Shown here in pieces: positions 1-13,200 of a stretch of DNA of 64,000 nucleotides. The notes beneath the pieces were generated by a model that was not told the origin of the DNA, made no database searches, and saw only the letters and a program-made list of their open reading frames with translations. Every line of letters starts with the position of its first letter. The stretch's first letter is position 1. Origin of the DNA: Hydrolagus colliei (Eukaryota); the NCBI GenBank assembly GCA_035084275.1, contig CM068755.1, positions 14,446,001 through 14,510,000 on the forward strand. Direction: 5' to 3'. The translations under genes were made by a program, and so were the position numbers.

Positions 1-616
1 ACAAGTCCAAAAAAGATACAGTCAATTCACTTTAAAGTATATCCTGTGAAGAGCTTTGAGACTTCTCAAAGACGTGATAAGGCACTATATCAAATGCAGT
101 AATTATTATTATGGAGCCTTCAATTCAAATCTGCTTTGTTTGTAGAGCAAATACAACTTTGGAGGGTTTCTTACAACAACAAAATTACAATTGTGTAGTG
201 CCTTTCATGTTGGGAGATCGTTACAAGGCGCTAGACAGTCATTGTTTCAGACAAGTTCAGACTTGATTCAGATTTTAGGAGGTTATGGTCAACTGTGTGC
301 TCCATCTAGTGGAATGTATTGAAAGTGCACTTTGAAAGCTAATTCAGTTGAATGCTATGTTATTCTATCTGAACTTATTAAAAATTAATCATTTTTTATA
401 TTTGTTTAATTGTTTTGTGAGTTTATTAAACCTTCCATAAGGCGTTGGTGTGGATCTACATACTAGTTCTTTTTTTCTCTCACTTTTTAATCTTTAGATG
501 AAGTCTCAAAGCAAACAACGTTTCAAGAGTTAACCTACCTCTAATACCAAAAACATCCTTTATGTAAAAAGAAAGTGGTTAAAATCAACATTTCTTCCAT
601 GTTTTCCACTTCATAG

Positions 617-790
617 GATCAGCTGTATCTACTGGTGACAGATCAGGGCTTCCTAACAGAAGAGAAGGTGGTTTGGGAGAGTTTACATAATGTGGATGGA
701 GATGGCAATTTCTGTGACTCTGAATTTCACTTGAGACCTCCTTCTGACCCAGAGGCTGGGTACAAGGGGCAGCAGGATCAAATAGATCAG
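617..790 (+). CDS. MINDY2: MINDY2 (FAM63B) K48-specific deubiquitinase, antepenultimate coding exon (end of catalytic domain)
   Basis: tcatag|GAT...CAG|gtactc; 174 nt, phase 0/0; DQLYLLVTDQGFLTEEKVVWESLHNVDGDGNFCDSEFHLRPPSDPEAGYKGQQDQIDQ, recognised as vertebrate MINDY2. Confidence 0.95.
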
Positions 791-1365
791 GTACTCCATA
801 AAGAAAACAAAAGTCTTAAATTCCGCCCAATATTTTTGTAGGGTCTACATTCAACCATCAGAGAAATGGAGATAAATTTTAAATCTCCCACACACCAGAC
901 TCCTGTCATCAATGTTGTACTTATCATGCTTTGTTCAACACGAGTTGCTTCTTCACGTATTGCCAATTTATCAAATTCAGAAAAGTCATCTATCGGCAAT
1001 CAATTTTGGTTTCTTACAAGTGGTAAGATTTAGTTTAATTACTTTATCAGAGATTTCATCTTGTGGTTCTAAAACATTTCAGTGATTTTAAAATAGGACC
1101 AGATGTTTTTGTAATTGCAACTTCAGTAGACAAAATGTTGCTGAACGCATGCATCCAGCTCCTTGGGACGTCCTCCCAACGTGAAAGGCGCTATACATAT
1201 GTAATTTGATGTCGGCAGTTAGACTTTAGGCATCTATATTACCTGGGACTTTAATCAACTGCATAAATACGCCTCCACACTGTTCAGTTCACATTGGTGC
1301 AGGCTCACCACATCAAACATTACATTAAATTGTTCAGGGGTTTTCTTATGATGTTTATTTTTCAG

Positions 1366-1542
1366 GACTATCTAATGGCATTATCCTTGCAGCAAGAGCA
1401 GCAGAGCCAGGACTTGTCCTGGGAGCAGATCCCTGAAGGAATCAGTGATCTTGAGCTGGCAAAAAAACTGCAGGAAGAGGAGGACAGACGAGCTTCTCAG
1501 TTCTATCAGGAACAAGAACAGGCAGCTTCAGCTCAAAGCCAG
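1366..1542 (+). CDS. MINDY2: MINDY2 penultimate coding exon with MIU ubiquitin-binding motifs
   Basis: tttcag|GAC...CAG|gtaaat; 177 nt; DYLMALSLQQEQQ...SDLELAKKLQEEEDRRASQFYQEQEQ. Confidence 0.95.
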
Positions 1543-1986
1543 GTAAATGTTAAGTGGGACTAGTTTTACTGCCCAAATTAGCCTATTTTAGTTTTTGGTA
1601 AGCTTTTACCCACAACAGTGAAATGCAGGGGGCAGATCGTTTTTTTCCTAAATCATATCTTTCACTAAAGATTTCATTGCACTAGTTTCCCCCTTTTCCA
1701 AACAACGCCTTGCACTGTTGTGCTTCCTCCTGGAATGACGTGCCAAGTTCTGCGTTTCTCATGTTCACCATCCATGCCTTTTTGATCAGCTGATTGGGCA
1801 AAGCTCTGTCCAACATACGATCTCCGAGAATAAGCCCAAAACATAGCCACTTGGTGACAAACCTGCTATTTGAGTTTGGATTTGAACTCACACCTCACGC
1901 CCAAGTTTCATGTGTTTAAAATGGACAGGTTTAAGCACCAGTGATTGCCTGCGTAATATTTTCATTTCCATTTTCTTAAATTGCAG

Positions 1987-2106
1987 CAAGGGCAGCCATC
2001 GCAGGCAGCAGCAGCCGCCGCCACTGGGAGACAGCCTGGGAGCAGCGAACGCAAACAGCGGAAAGAACCGCGAGAGAAGGAAAAGGACAAGTGTATTCTC
2101 TTGTGA
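1987..2106 (+). CDS. MINDY2: MINDY2 terminal coding exon ending in CaaX motif CILL
   Basis: ttgcag|CAA; QGQPSQAAAAAATGRQPGSSERKQRKEPREKEKDKCILL*, TGA at 2104-2106; missed by the ORF track. Confidence 0.93.
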   Translation, partial: QGQPSQAAAAAATGRQPGSSERKQRKEPREKEKDKCILL

Positions 2107-5100
2107 CGGGGGGGGTGGATTTTGCCAGGAACTAAGTGCGTAACCCCTAAAAAGAACCTGGTGACATGCCGTCTGTGCCTGATCCCTAATTGTTCATATT
2201 TTGAGAAGAGAAAGGATGGCTTCTTTGATACAGTCGGCCAAACTTTGTTGTATGTTGCACAATGCACTATATTCATGATGGAGTTTCTACGGTATTGCTT
2301 GATGTGGTTACATTTCAAAGACATAATCATTTTTTGCTTAATACAAAAAAAGCATTTTGTCATGTAACAGTAAAATCACAGTGCCTCTTTACTTCATTAT
2401 TTGGCATTAATGTCGTCAGTTAATAAGCTATTTTAACTAATGCTGCCTCAGTTTTATTACAGGACATGTCGGGCAGTTTGTGGTTTATTTTTCCCCCTTT
2501 TGCTTACAATAAATGGCAGTAGCTAGAGTATGCTCTTGAGCTTTCATTAACTTATAATTGTACATGATCTAGATATCGAAACACATTTTTTTTAAAAAAA
2601 GATGTTTAGCAATTGTTTCTAAAGAGGTTAAAGATGTGCTGACAGAAAATTTTGTGAGATTCAAGTGTAGAGGTAGAAAATCTTGTCTAGAAATTAACAA
2701 AAAAGAAAAATTCCCTCTCCCTTGAGTTGGTTTTGCTGTAGAAGCCATAATAAGCTTCTTATGAATAAGGAAAAAGTAATGGTGTTACTCTTGCTTCCAT
2801 TTTCGTTTTAATTGGAGGAATGTTCCAAGCTTTGCATGGCTCTGAAATTATTCGTGCAAAATTCACTGTTGGGGAAACGGGTGAAATGGTGATTTGAAGT
2901 TTAAGATGGTCATTACAACAAGAATCATAGACAAAGCAAAACTTGTTTTTGACCAAATATTTTTTTTGAGCAACCTACATTTGTATCAAGATTTACAAAC
3001 CAGTGATAAACTGCAGAAGGCACAAACTGGTGTCTGCCAAAATGTTGCCATCTTTGTCCTTTTTTTTAATCAAGCAAGTGCAACCTTAAACGCAGCACTA
3101 TTTATGATGACATTGAGATTCCTCCAGCTTTTTTCAGTCCTGAATGATGTGCATAATGTATTGGGTTGCTATAGTCCAGCTGCTTTATGTTGTGCCTTGA
3201 AATTTATTTGGTCAAATACTGGTTGATTCCAGAGGGGAAAAAAAAACTGCTTGCCTGAATGGGACCAATATTTCAAAATAGAGGGCATTTTAAATGCAGT
3301 GATTCATAGAAGCATAATTACTTTGCTGATGTTAAACCTGGTATGTTATACGCTTCCTATTGATTCACTAATATAATGCCCAACAATATTACCTGGGAAA
3401 CTACTGCCTGGAACATGTCAACAAACACTACCTGTTGTCAGACACAAATTATTTGAAGTTCATATTTATATTGATACCAATCTACTCATGATTCTATTAA
3501 TGTATCCCTTTTGTGCTTTGTAATGAACTGACCAGTTAATTTATTTGAATAGCTCTAATATGGTTTCGTTCGGGTCATCTTCAGTTAGCTGCTAAGAATA
3601 GAGTTGTATAATTGTAACAGGAGGAAAACCTACAACCCTTTGGGAGCTGAAAAGCAGACATAAAAAAGGCTACATCTTTGTACTGATACATGTATATTAT
3701 TGACATCCCAGACAATTAATTAACACACTTCCACGTCTGTAGTTCTTGGGTTTGTTGAAAGATTGTGTTATATCTCTAGATTTTCTTTTTTTGGTAATTT
3801 TTCCCCAATGAAGGTTCAGTGGAAGAAAGTGTTTTTGGGGGAAAAAAGATTTGTATACTGAAACCATCTGTATATTTTAGATCGGCTGACATTTTTAGTG
3901 CATGATAATTCTAGGAAATCACATACGTACACAATGCTATGCATAGATCCAAATGAAATTCATACCTGCCTCATTAGAATGTGACTGATATTAAAAGCAT
4001 TAGGATTTGAAAACCATATAAATCTTATTTTCCCCATTCAGTCCTTGTATTGCTTTTGTCATTTCGATGCAATTTTTCAAGAGCAAATGAGAAGAATCCC
4101 CACCTGTGCTTTTAAACCAAGAAGGTACTCAAATGTTTATTACCTATAACTGTTAGCCTTGTATTACTGATCAGCTCTAAAAAACGGTACATGCAGTTCC
4201 TGGTCTAACAGACTAACGTGCATTTGTTTTTTTTCTTTTCAATGTGTAATAAATAGAAGGATTGCTGAAAACAATGTTAAGTCACCTTAAGGACCGAAAC
4301 GTGCTTTAAATGTCACTTGTTTTGCATGCTTATTTTGTTAACAGAAGAAGGGTAAAATCAGTTAATTTCATTCTAGAAAACCTAATTTTGCAAAATACCA
4401 GATTTGAATGCTTTGTGTAGATACTCAGTGCATGAAAGCTAAATGTTGAACTAAACATTTCATCACTAAGGTAAGGTGATTTGTTGTTTCAAGTATTACA
4501 ATAGAATATATGCTGGATGTTTTAGTACATCAACGTCAAGCTTATTACCTTGAAAATGTAATCTTTTGTGAGATTGAAGGGTATTAGGTTTATGATCATT
4601 TTTCAGCCACACCATAGGACACTGTGTAATTAGCACCAGTGCATGTTTGTATTTCACCACATACTGATAATGGGAAAAGGAAACGTTGAACAGAACCTAC
4701 TTGCAATGGTTTTTGTTGCACCTATCAGTTTGCTGCAGTCTTTATTTTATGAGACTGATTTACCAAAATACTAAATATAATTTTTTATATATACATTGTG
4801 GGGGGGGGGGGGTATACTATGTTTTAAAATTGTTTGTGTGACCTATTTTAAATGTCTTGTGAACAGCCACTACACCACTTGCTTTTGTATCCTGATAATG
4901 TTACAAGTCCTGTAGTTTTGGAAGCTCTGCCTTTTGGTAGATTTTGGTTACAAAATATTCAGGTCCTTTCTATAACTTATCCATAGGTGTTTGTAGCACA
5001 CAATTACCTTAATGTGTGTATTAAACAGGTTCTGACAATCTCCTATTCTGCTTTTGTAGGTGGTACATTACATTAATAGGTCTTGGTCATTTGGCACTAT

Positions 5101-5500
5101 ATTAAAAAAAGTAAACAAGATTTTGTATGGAACAATCTTTTCTTCAGTTTATATGCTTCATATTAAATGACTGAAGCTTGGCAAATAGCTACCAGTTATT
5201 GCTGTATGCATCTTAAATTATTCATTTATGCAGTTTGAGACATAGGAGACAGTAGCATATTGTGCCATAAGATTTTCTTAAGGTTCTATGCTTGCAAATA
5301 AGCCTAGAGTGGTAGAATTAATGCTGTGTATGTATTGTTTGTTTGAGATGTATTATTATTTTTTAAAGGGGGAATGTAAGGGAGGTTTTGCTAACAGTTC
5401 TAGATTTCAATGCCCAAATTAAAGGGGGGTTTGGGGGAGGGGGTGCAAAATCATACGTTAATTTATTGACGTAAGCATCAATAAAGACTTGATAAATGAT
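2107..5500 (+). other. MINDY2: Probable long MINDY2 3' UTR; candidate polyA signals AATAAA at 2508-2513 and 5480-5485
   Basis: AU-rich stretch after the stop codon with no recognisable interspersed repeats; the true end cannot be fixed from sequence. Confidence 0.45.
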
Positions 5501-6714
5501 TAACTACAGAAAGTGTTTAAGATCTTTTGAGGGAATACATCTGGGTAAAACATGAAATGTATATGCAAATGATGGTACAAATTAAATTAAGATATGGACA
5601 GTGTTGGGGACTAGGGTCAAACTGTTATGTAACTTCCACATAGTGAATAACTGATGGGTAAGCATGTTCCCTAATATGCCTCAACAACGTTTTGGTGAGT
5701 ATTTGGAATAGAACAAGCACAAAGTACTGAATACCAGATAGTGCAAGGAATTTTAGGATTGGTATACTGTGACCAAATCAGCTTTGCCAGCTGAACTGTA
5801 CACCCATTAGTGCCTAGATAACAATCAAGCGTACAAGCAAGTCATTACTGGAATAGTGCTACATTGGAGCATTACAACTTTGGGTGATTGTCCTTAATTT
5901 ATTTGGCACCACTCAGTGCTAAAACTTCTGCAATGGCAGAAGTATGGTTAAATTGATAGGCAGCAAACTAAAATAAAATGGATTTCTTGCAGTTGTTTTT
6001 GTCTGAAATTATTTCATAGCAGATGAGAGGCAGGATTAGACTTCTGCCATTTATTTCTGCACTGGTAAATGAAAGGTGCCCAGGTATTCATATTACATGA
6101 AGATCTATTTACTTATGGAATTTCAACATACCGTACTCAAAATAGGTATGAATCTGAAGCTTGGGTTTGTGGATGCACTTAGCTGTTTTGAATAGAGGAT
6201 CTATCAGGTCCAGAATAGAAATTTAAGATGCTAACTACTGCATAGGGACTCTTTTTATATAAGATTTCAATCCAACATAACCTTATCTATATAAGAATCA
6301 TCTATAACATTTGTCAATATGCATTACAATCCCAACAGAGAATGATTGGAAAAAACATGCCCATCAGATTCACAAGAACACTGAGACAATCTGGAATTTT
6401 AAAGACCAAGAGAGTGGGGGGGAAAAAAGTCACATTTAGAGGAACCTGAACATATCAAGATTTATTCTAAAATCTAAGAATACATTGACCCAGCATCAGT
6501 AATACATTTATACATGTGAATGTGTAAAGACTGAATACACCTCACAATCTTTCTATCAAAAAATATGCTATTAACTTGCTGGTAAATGTAGAAAATTCAT
6601 TTTTATCAATAAATACAAGCACAATTTAGCAAAAGTGGAAGCCTTGTGAACTATAATACTTATAATGAACATCTGAAACTACGTTAACTATTATAGAAAG
6701 GATTGGTCATATGA

Positions 6715-6850
6715 CAGGGTGGTCCAATCTTTAGCCGCTGAGGGCTGGGGGCCCTATTTGAGAAATGAGCGGGGCCGCGTAAGCAACATTTTCACGTTTC
6801 CCTTCCAGAAAAAACATTCAGGGGTGAAGTCGGCCCATGGGACCACCCTG
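6715..6850. mobile_element. 136-bp hAT-like MITE
   Basis: Perfect 11-bp terminal inverted repeats CAGGGTGGTCC (6715-6725) / GGACCACCCTG (6840-6850); GC-rich interior in AT-rich flank; 8-bp TSD only degenerate. Confidence 0.65.
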
Positions 6851-6972
6851 ATTATAGGGCATTTCTGTAATTCACAGCTGTAAAATACCTATAATCTCGT
6901 CTTGGATCAGTTTTTCTCCTGAATGACATCTATACAAAATTAAAATAGAAAACAGAACTAGTTTAATTTTAC

Positions 6973-6978
6973 TTTATT
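6973..6978 (-). terminator. SLTM: SLTM polyadenylation signal AATAAA
   Basis: tttatt on + strand about 175 nt after the SLTM stop, followed on - strand by U-rich ttctgttttctatttt. Confidence 0.6.
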
Positions 6979-7151
6979 TTCAATATCTGCAGTGCTAAGA
7001 AACATTGAAAACCCAAATCGTAAGAGTCACAGAACATTTGCTAAAAATACAACAGACCAAATAACATCTGTATAACAAAAACTCATTTTTAAAAAAAGTT
7101 TTACAGACGAATTTCAAACTAACAGGTGACCAACTGCTACAAAGCCCATCA

Positions 7152-7290
7152 TCAGAATCTTCGTGGTGCTCCCCCTTTGAATGGTTTAAAACGAACATCG
7201 CCTGATCCATGCATTCCTTTGGAGCCTGACACACTGCCTCCTTGCATTGAGTTGTTGGTGATCTGTACAATTCTGTTTGTTACAGAAGGA
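7152..7290 (-). CDS. SLTM: SLTM exon 20 (terminal)
   Basis: ctgtag|T CCT TCT GTA...; [18 protein letters not shown]...[12 protein letters not shown]. Confidence 0.93.
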
Positions 7291-10200
7291 CTACAGTGGG
7301 CAATGGAAAAAAAATAGTAAGATACCAATAAATCTATTCATGGTTGAAATTAAAGATGCACCCAAGTCTTACAGAAAATAGCAGTATACAATGAAGGGAA
7401 TTCACCATAAGTAAACCAATCATGATCATAATTTGTCCCAATGCCAAATAATGTAACAAATGAGATAAAATCAATCCTTGTGGTGTGAAAGAATGGGTTA
7501 CATATAATCCCACTTCCTTTGGTGAATGTTAAGTAGACAAAATACAGTAGCAAAATATATTGGGACACTACTGTGTCATCCACCTTGGACAAACATTTGC
7601 TTTTCCTAATCTAAAATAGCACAAATGTGTTAGCAAATCACTGGGGTATAAATCAGTAGGTTGATCCAAGCTGCTCCCCAGTTCCAACTGACAAGATCTA
7701 GCACATATAGAAAACGTGAAAAGCACTATATCAAATGCAAGTATTATGTAAGATTTGCTCCATTGAGGTTTTTAGAAGATCAAATCCACATTATCTGCTT
7801 CAGTGATATGTCCAGTGCTGATGCCAAAGATCATACACATGGCAACAAAAAGATCAATGGGAAAACAATCAAGCGATTGCCCTTGGAGAATTAATAAACC
7901 TGGGCCTATCACTCCTAATTATAGCATCCTTCTGAAATTTCACGGTTTGATTTCAAAGGCACCAATACTTCCTGAAGTAGACTTCCTGAAACTTCCAGAG
8001 TAAAGTAAGTTTAGCACATCCCGATCAAAAAAAAATCTGGCATAGGAATGCACTTAATGTAAGGAAGCAAGGATTCTACTGAATGGGCAGATATATAGGA
8101 ACCGCATTTCACCTACCCGCCCCAACTGATTAGCTTAGGTGTGTGTGAAGAACAAGCCAATACAAATATCGCCCCATCATTTAACCATTGTGAGGAAAGA
8201 GGTGAGTTATCACTGATTTGAACTTGACACCAATATAAACAAAAGCTTATTGAAAAATGCACACCAAAAAAACTAAACCACTCAATATTCATCATGATAT
8301 AGGTTGAGTTGTTTTAATGCACTGCAACTGAATTTTTCACACGTAGCAAAGAGAAATCACAGAAACTTGGAAGTGATTTTGGCAACAGATACATTTATTA
8401 GTATCCTAACATTTCACTACATGGTTAATCAAATTTTGACTTTGCATGGTCATGTTGAATTTACATCATTTAATTAATTAACTATTGGTATCACTGTTGG
8501 AGTAACAAAATGAGCAAAAAACATTGCGAAGCAACCCAGTACACTCAAATATGGTTCCAAAAGGCGCTCTTCTATGTTTATATAAAAAAAGTCCATCAAA
8601 AAGGTAGAGCCAACAGTCTTCTGTACTATTTACATTACAATTAATTCATGAAAGGCCATCAACAGCAACTGACAATTACTTTAGTACCTGGATGGCGGCA
8701 TCATGCCAGGGCCACGATTGTCGCTCATTCGCCTCATGTCCTGATATCCACTGCCTTGAGAACTAGGTCCAGAATGCCAACTGTTCCGTGGCGCTCCTGA
8801 TTCACGCCCATGACGCTCTACTACTGGGTGCCTGCTATCATGATAGTGGGATTGCTGGGAAAGAGGAGTTTGTCAATAATTAACCCTGGTGTACACACAC
8901 CTCATTTGGAAATCAACAGATCAACTTCTGAAATTGATGTACAACTTAGTAGTAGTAATGCACTATATAATGACCAACTGAGCACACAAATAATTTATTT
9001 CATGCATTTCTCTTTTGTCGTGACACATAACCATCTAAAATAATTATTCATACAGGGTGATGTACAGTGCATGATCACTTAGTATTACATTAGTGCTTAA
9101 GAAAGATTCGAAATTATGTTGATGATTAACAAACTAGTGCAAAGTACCACTAGTGCTAAGGAACCGATCAAAGCTTCTCACTGATTTCAGCGCCTTGGGA
9201 CGTCCTGACGTGAAAGGCGCTACACAAGTGTAATTTTGTTGTTAACATTTACTGAACCGTACCCACCTGATTATTACTACCCCTCTCCATTACAGGCCGG
9301 CCTCCATCTCGGCTACTGTACCCAGACATGCTGCTGTGACCACTAGGTGGCCCACTTCTTATACTGTGTCCTGATCTCTCCGGTCGCATCCGATCTCGAT
9401 CCCTCGAATTCCTGAAGTTAAAAAAGTTAACATTCAGAAACATTTCTTCACTAAAAGCAGGGCAAAATAGTAATTAACCATCTTCAAATCCATTTTCCAT
9501 GCTGCACATTATTTACAACTAAGGTCAATTAGATGACTTAAAAACAACCAAAAGAGGAATAATAAAGAGCAGAAAACAGCAGCCCACCCACAACATCTCA
9601 GCTTCCATTATTGTATAACAATGGTGGGACTTTGAGAAATGAAACTTCTAGGTGACTGTACGATGTGAAGGCATCAAATAGGCCATTGCATTCTGCGGTA
9701 TCAACTAGGCATCATATTTCCCTCCCAAAAATCCGGCAATTGCTAGTGTTATAAAATAAAACTTAAAAACATCCAGCAACAAAATTGAACAACCAGAAAA
9801 GAATCACTTGAGGGAATTTGCCTACATTCAATTATATTCACATTAAATATGGAGTTGTGTATAGGTTGTGTATTTAGCTGAGAACCTGTACGGGTTTCGA
9901 GATTGGAATGATCAGGTTACCTAATCTCAAAAACGCTAATCCCAAAGAATCACAAATTCCTGTGATCAAAAAGATGTTAATTTGTGATGACTAAAATTAA
10001 CCCTCCCACCCTCACCCCCACAGCAACAAATCCAACACTTGAATTCACAGATCACAAGGATTTTATTGGAACAAGTTCCACAATACCTTATTTCACGTTT
10101 GGAAGAACCCATACCACTCGGCTTCCATTCATTTGGTCTGGAAGAATTGTGACTTGGCCGGCCGTGCTGGACTCCATGGTCACTCATCCGGCCCCGGTCA

Positions 10201-13200
10201 GGAAAGCTCCTTGATGGGGAAATCTTCGGGAGGTGGTCATGGCCCCTGCTCCCACTTGATCGGTCCTGAAGAGTCACAGTTCGCCGTTCGTCTCGGTCTC
10301 TCATTTCCCTCCGTTCATTATTTCCATGGAGCTCAATTCTTTGTTGAGAAGATGGTCGTCGAGAATCACCATAGGGTTTGGGGTACCTATTGTACCCAGA
10401 GTCCTCCCTGCGGCTCCCAGAGCGAGTCTTCTTTCCTTCTCCTTGATGGTTGTAACGATCTCCTCGTCTGAATTAATTAATAGGATGACACAGTTAGTTT
10501 CATGAAACAGGTCTAGTAAATGGTTAGATTTTACAGCAAATGCCATCACAGGAGATCAAAGAGATATCTAGAGGGAAATTGAGCTACCTACTCTTATTGC
10601 TAACTGCGTGAAAGCCAGCTGAGTTAGTTGACCTTTTTTGGGACGTCCTCCAGACGTGAAAGGCAAATATACAAATGTAATTTTGTTGTTTTCCCATGGA
10701 ATCACATTCATTGTTAAAAAGATCAGAAATCTAACACACAGAAACAAGATAGGAACTCTGGTTCTAAAACTGATATGTCACCTAGGTAGCTTTTTTTTTA
10801 GCATTATTCTCAATGGATGAAATGTATAAATGTGCATCAAGACTATTTGCGATGTAATTACCATTTCCTATCTGTTCTAATTTCATAATTCTCAGTGAAC
10901 AATAAGAGGGATAAACTGAATAAGAGAGATAAACTCACTGAAGTGCAGTAACATCCAGACAACAGCTATCATTAGCCACTTACCCATCAAAAGATGAAGA
11001 TTGAACTCTATGGTCAAAGTCATTGAAACGGTTTGGATCCTGGCGACTGTAATCAGAATTGTGGCTAAAGCGGGCATCACTGTCCATGGTCCTCCTCTTA
11101 TGTTCATTCCAATAAGGTTCATCACGTCTAAACAGAGTACATTAGAAGCCCGTTTATCCGTGACTCGATGAACGTCCGTATAACCGGCACGCCTCAAAAA
11201 AGTCCCCATTCAATAAACTGGAACTTATCCAGTACAATAGCGGTGGAGCATTTGTAAATGCATACATAATAACAGATAATAACAGAATATTGTATTGGTA
11301 CTTATTGTTAAAACTACTCTCTTGCGCTTCTCACCTTTACTGGTAGATGTTGCGCTTGAAGCCATGATGCTGCACTTGAGGTTTATAGTCCAGCGATTCT
11401 TTTTAAAATGGAGGACGCCAAGTGGGTGAAAAAAATGTCAGCGTGACTTTAAAGCCTTACTAGCGGCAAGCCGATAACTCACACTGTCGTGCAGGTGCAG
11501 TATTTTGGTTTGCCGCTAGTAGAGTCCAGGGTTATCGGCTTGCCGCTAGTAAGGCTTTAAAGTCGCACTGCAGTTTTTTTCACCTGCTTAGTGTCCTCCA
11601 TTTAAAAAAGAATTCGCAAAATATAAGTCCTCAAAGAAAATTCACTTGTTTTTAATATCACCTATGCCCCTCCAATGCGAAAAATAAATTGGTTATTTGT
11701 TACAACAGTTTGTGGGACACTGCTATGCGCAATTGGCTGCACCGTTTCACTCACAAATATAGTCAATTCATTTTACAGAATATTCTGTGCAGCACGTCTA
11801 GAATATGTGAAAAGTGCTATATCAAATGCAAGATTATTATTATGTACAGTATATGTTTTTAGAAAAGTTTACCCTTCGTCACGACATCTAGAAGCCCATA
11901 AGTTGATTCCAAAATTTCTTTCTACATGTTAGAACAACACTGGAAACACAACTATTCATCCCTCCTTGATCTAATTTACCTATCTTTTCTGGTTTTAACT
12001 AACTTATCTCTCCTAGCTAACTTTCTTTTTTCTTTGGGATAAATACCCTTTTTCTCAACAAAGCAAAAATTGGGATGTTTTGCACAGCAAGTGAGAAAAA
12101 ACCTCAGGTGCTGCCTATCTACAGGACATCATGTTGGGACTCGAACAGATTACATCAATCTCATGTCAAATACACGTTACATCAATAATTTATGTATCAA
12201 ATTTTGGAGTGAATGACTGCGAACATATTTTAATTAAAAAGGGCAAGTAAACAAGTATTGCACAAGTACTTTTATCAATCTCAGCTTGTATTCTTCAGCA
12301 TAACATTACTTACGTATCCTAACACTCCACACAGATGGCACACTGGAGCGGAAACATGCTGTGCCACCATTCTACCCAGCACAAATGAATTCCCTGAACT
12401 CTACAGGAAATGATTAATCACTTTCAGGCCTGTAATTCCCCTCCAAAAATACCTGTTATCTACATCACGTGGTCGTTTTAATGAATTTCTTCTTTCTTGT
12501 TCATAACGGAGCTGCTCCTGTTGCCGACGGAGTTCTTCTCGTTCGCGGGCTATGCGCTCGATCTCCTTTCGCCTCTCCTACAATACAGGGATATATCAGT
12601 TTGATATTGACTCATCTTTCTACTGCAGACCTTTCACCCGATGAAACAAAGCGCATACCTCAACGTATACTGAGAAATAATGAAGCATAATGTTCCACCA
12701 GTATCATAATCTAGGGATACCAGCTAACACGTATAAAGGAAAATGCCCATGATCGCCTGCCAAAAATTGCTCTCTGAGACACCACTCCAACCAGAGACCA
12801 ACCAATTGTAAATCTGCGACCAGAGTCCCCTTGCTAAATACAAGCAGGAACAAACTGCACACAAGAATGTTTCCGAATAATGGAATCTGCATTAAAAAAT
12901 CTTCACCTGTTCTATACGGATACGTTCCCTTTCGAGTCGTTCCCTCTCCATTCTTTCCCTTTCGAGCTTCTGCTTCTCAATTTCCAACCTTTCCCTTTCT
13001 CGCTGCAGGCGGTCGCGCTCTTCTCGCTCACGCAAGATGCGAATACGCTCACGCTCACGACGCTGTCTTTCAGCTATTTCCCGCCGCCTAAATAAAATAC
13101 AGAGAAACATTAGAAAAATGCAGAGTATAAACATTTGCCACAGCAGCCAACCTTAAACCAAGCTTACTGGGGAATTAAGCATGCATATTGCATAGTATGC

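Noticed and set aside
10301-11209. Minus-strand ORFs 10301-10549 and 10892-11209
   Set aside because: Wrong-frame overlaps of SLTM exons 17 and 16 plus MITE sequence
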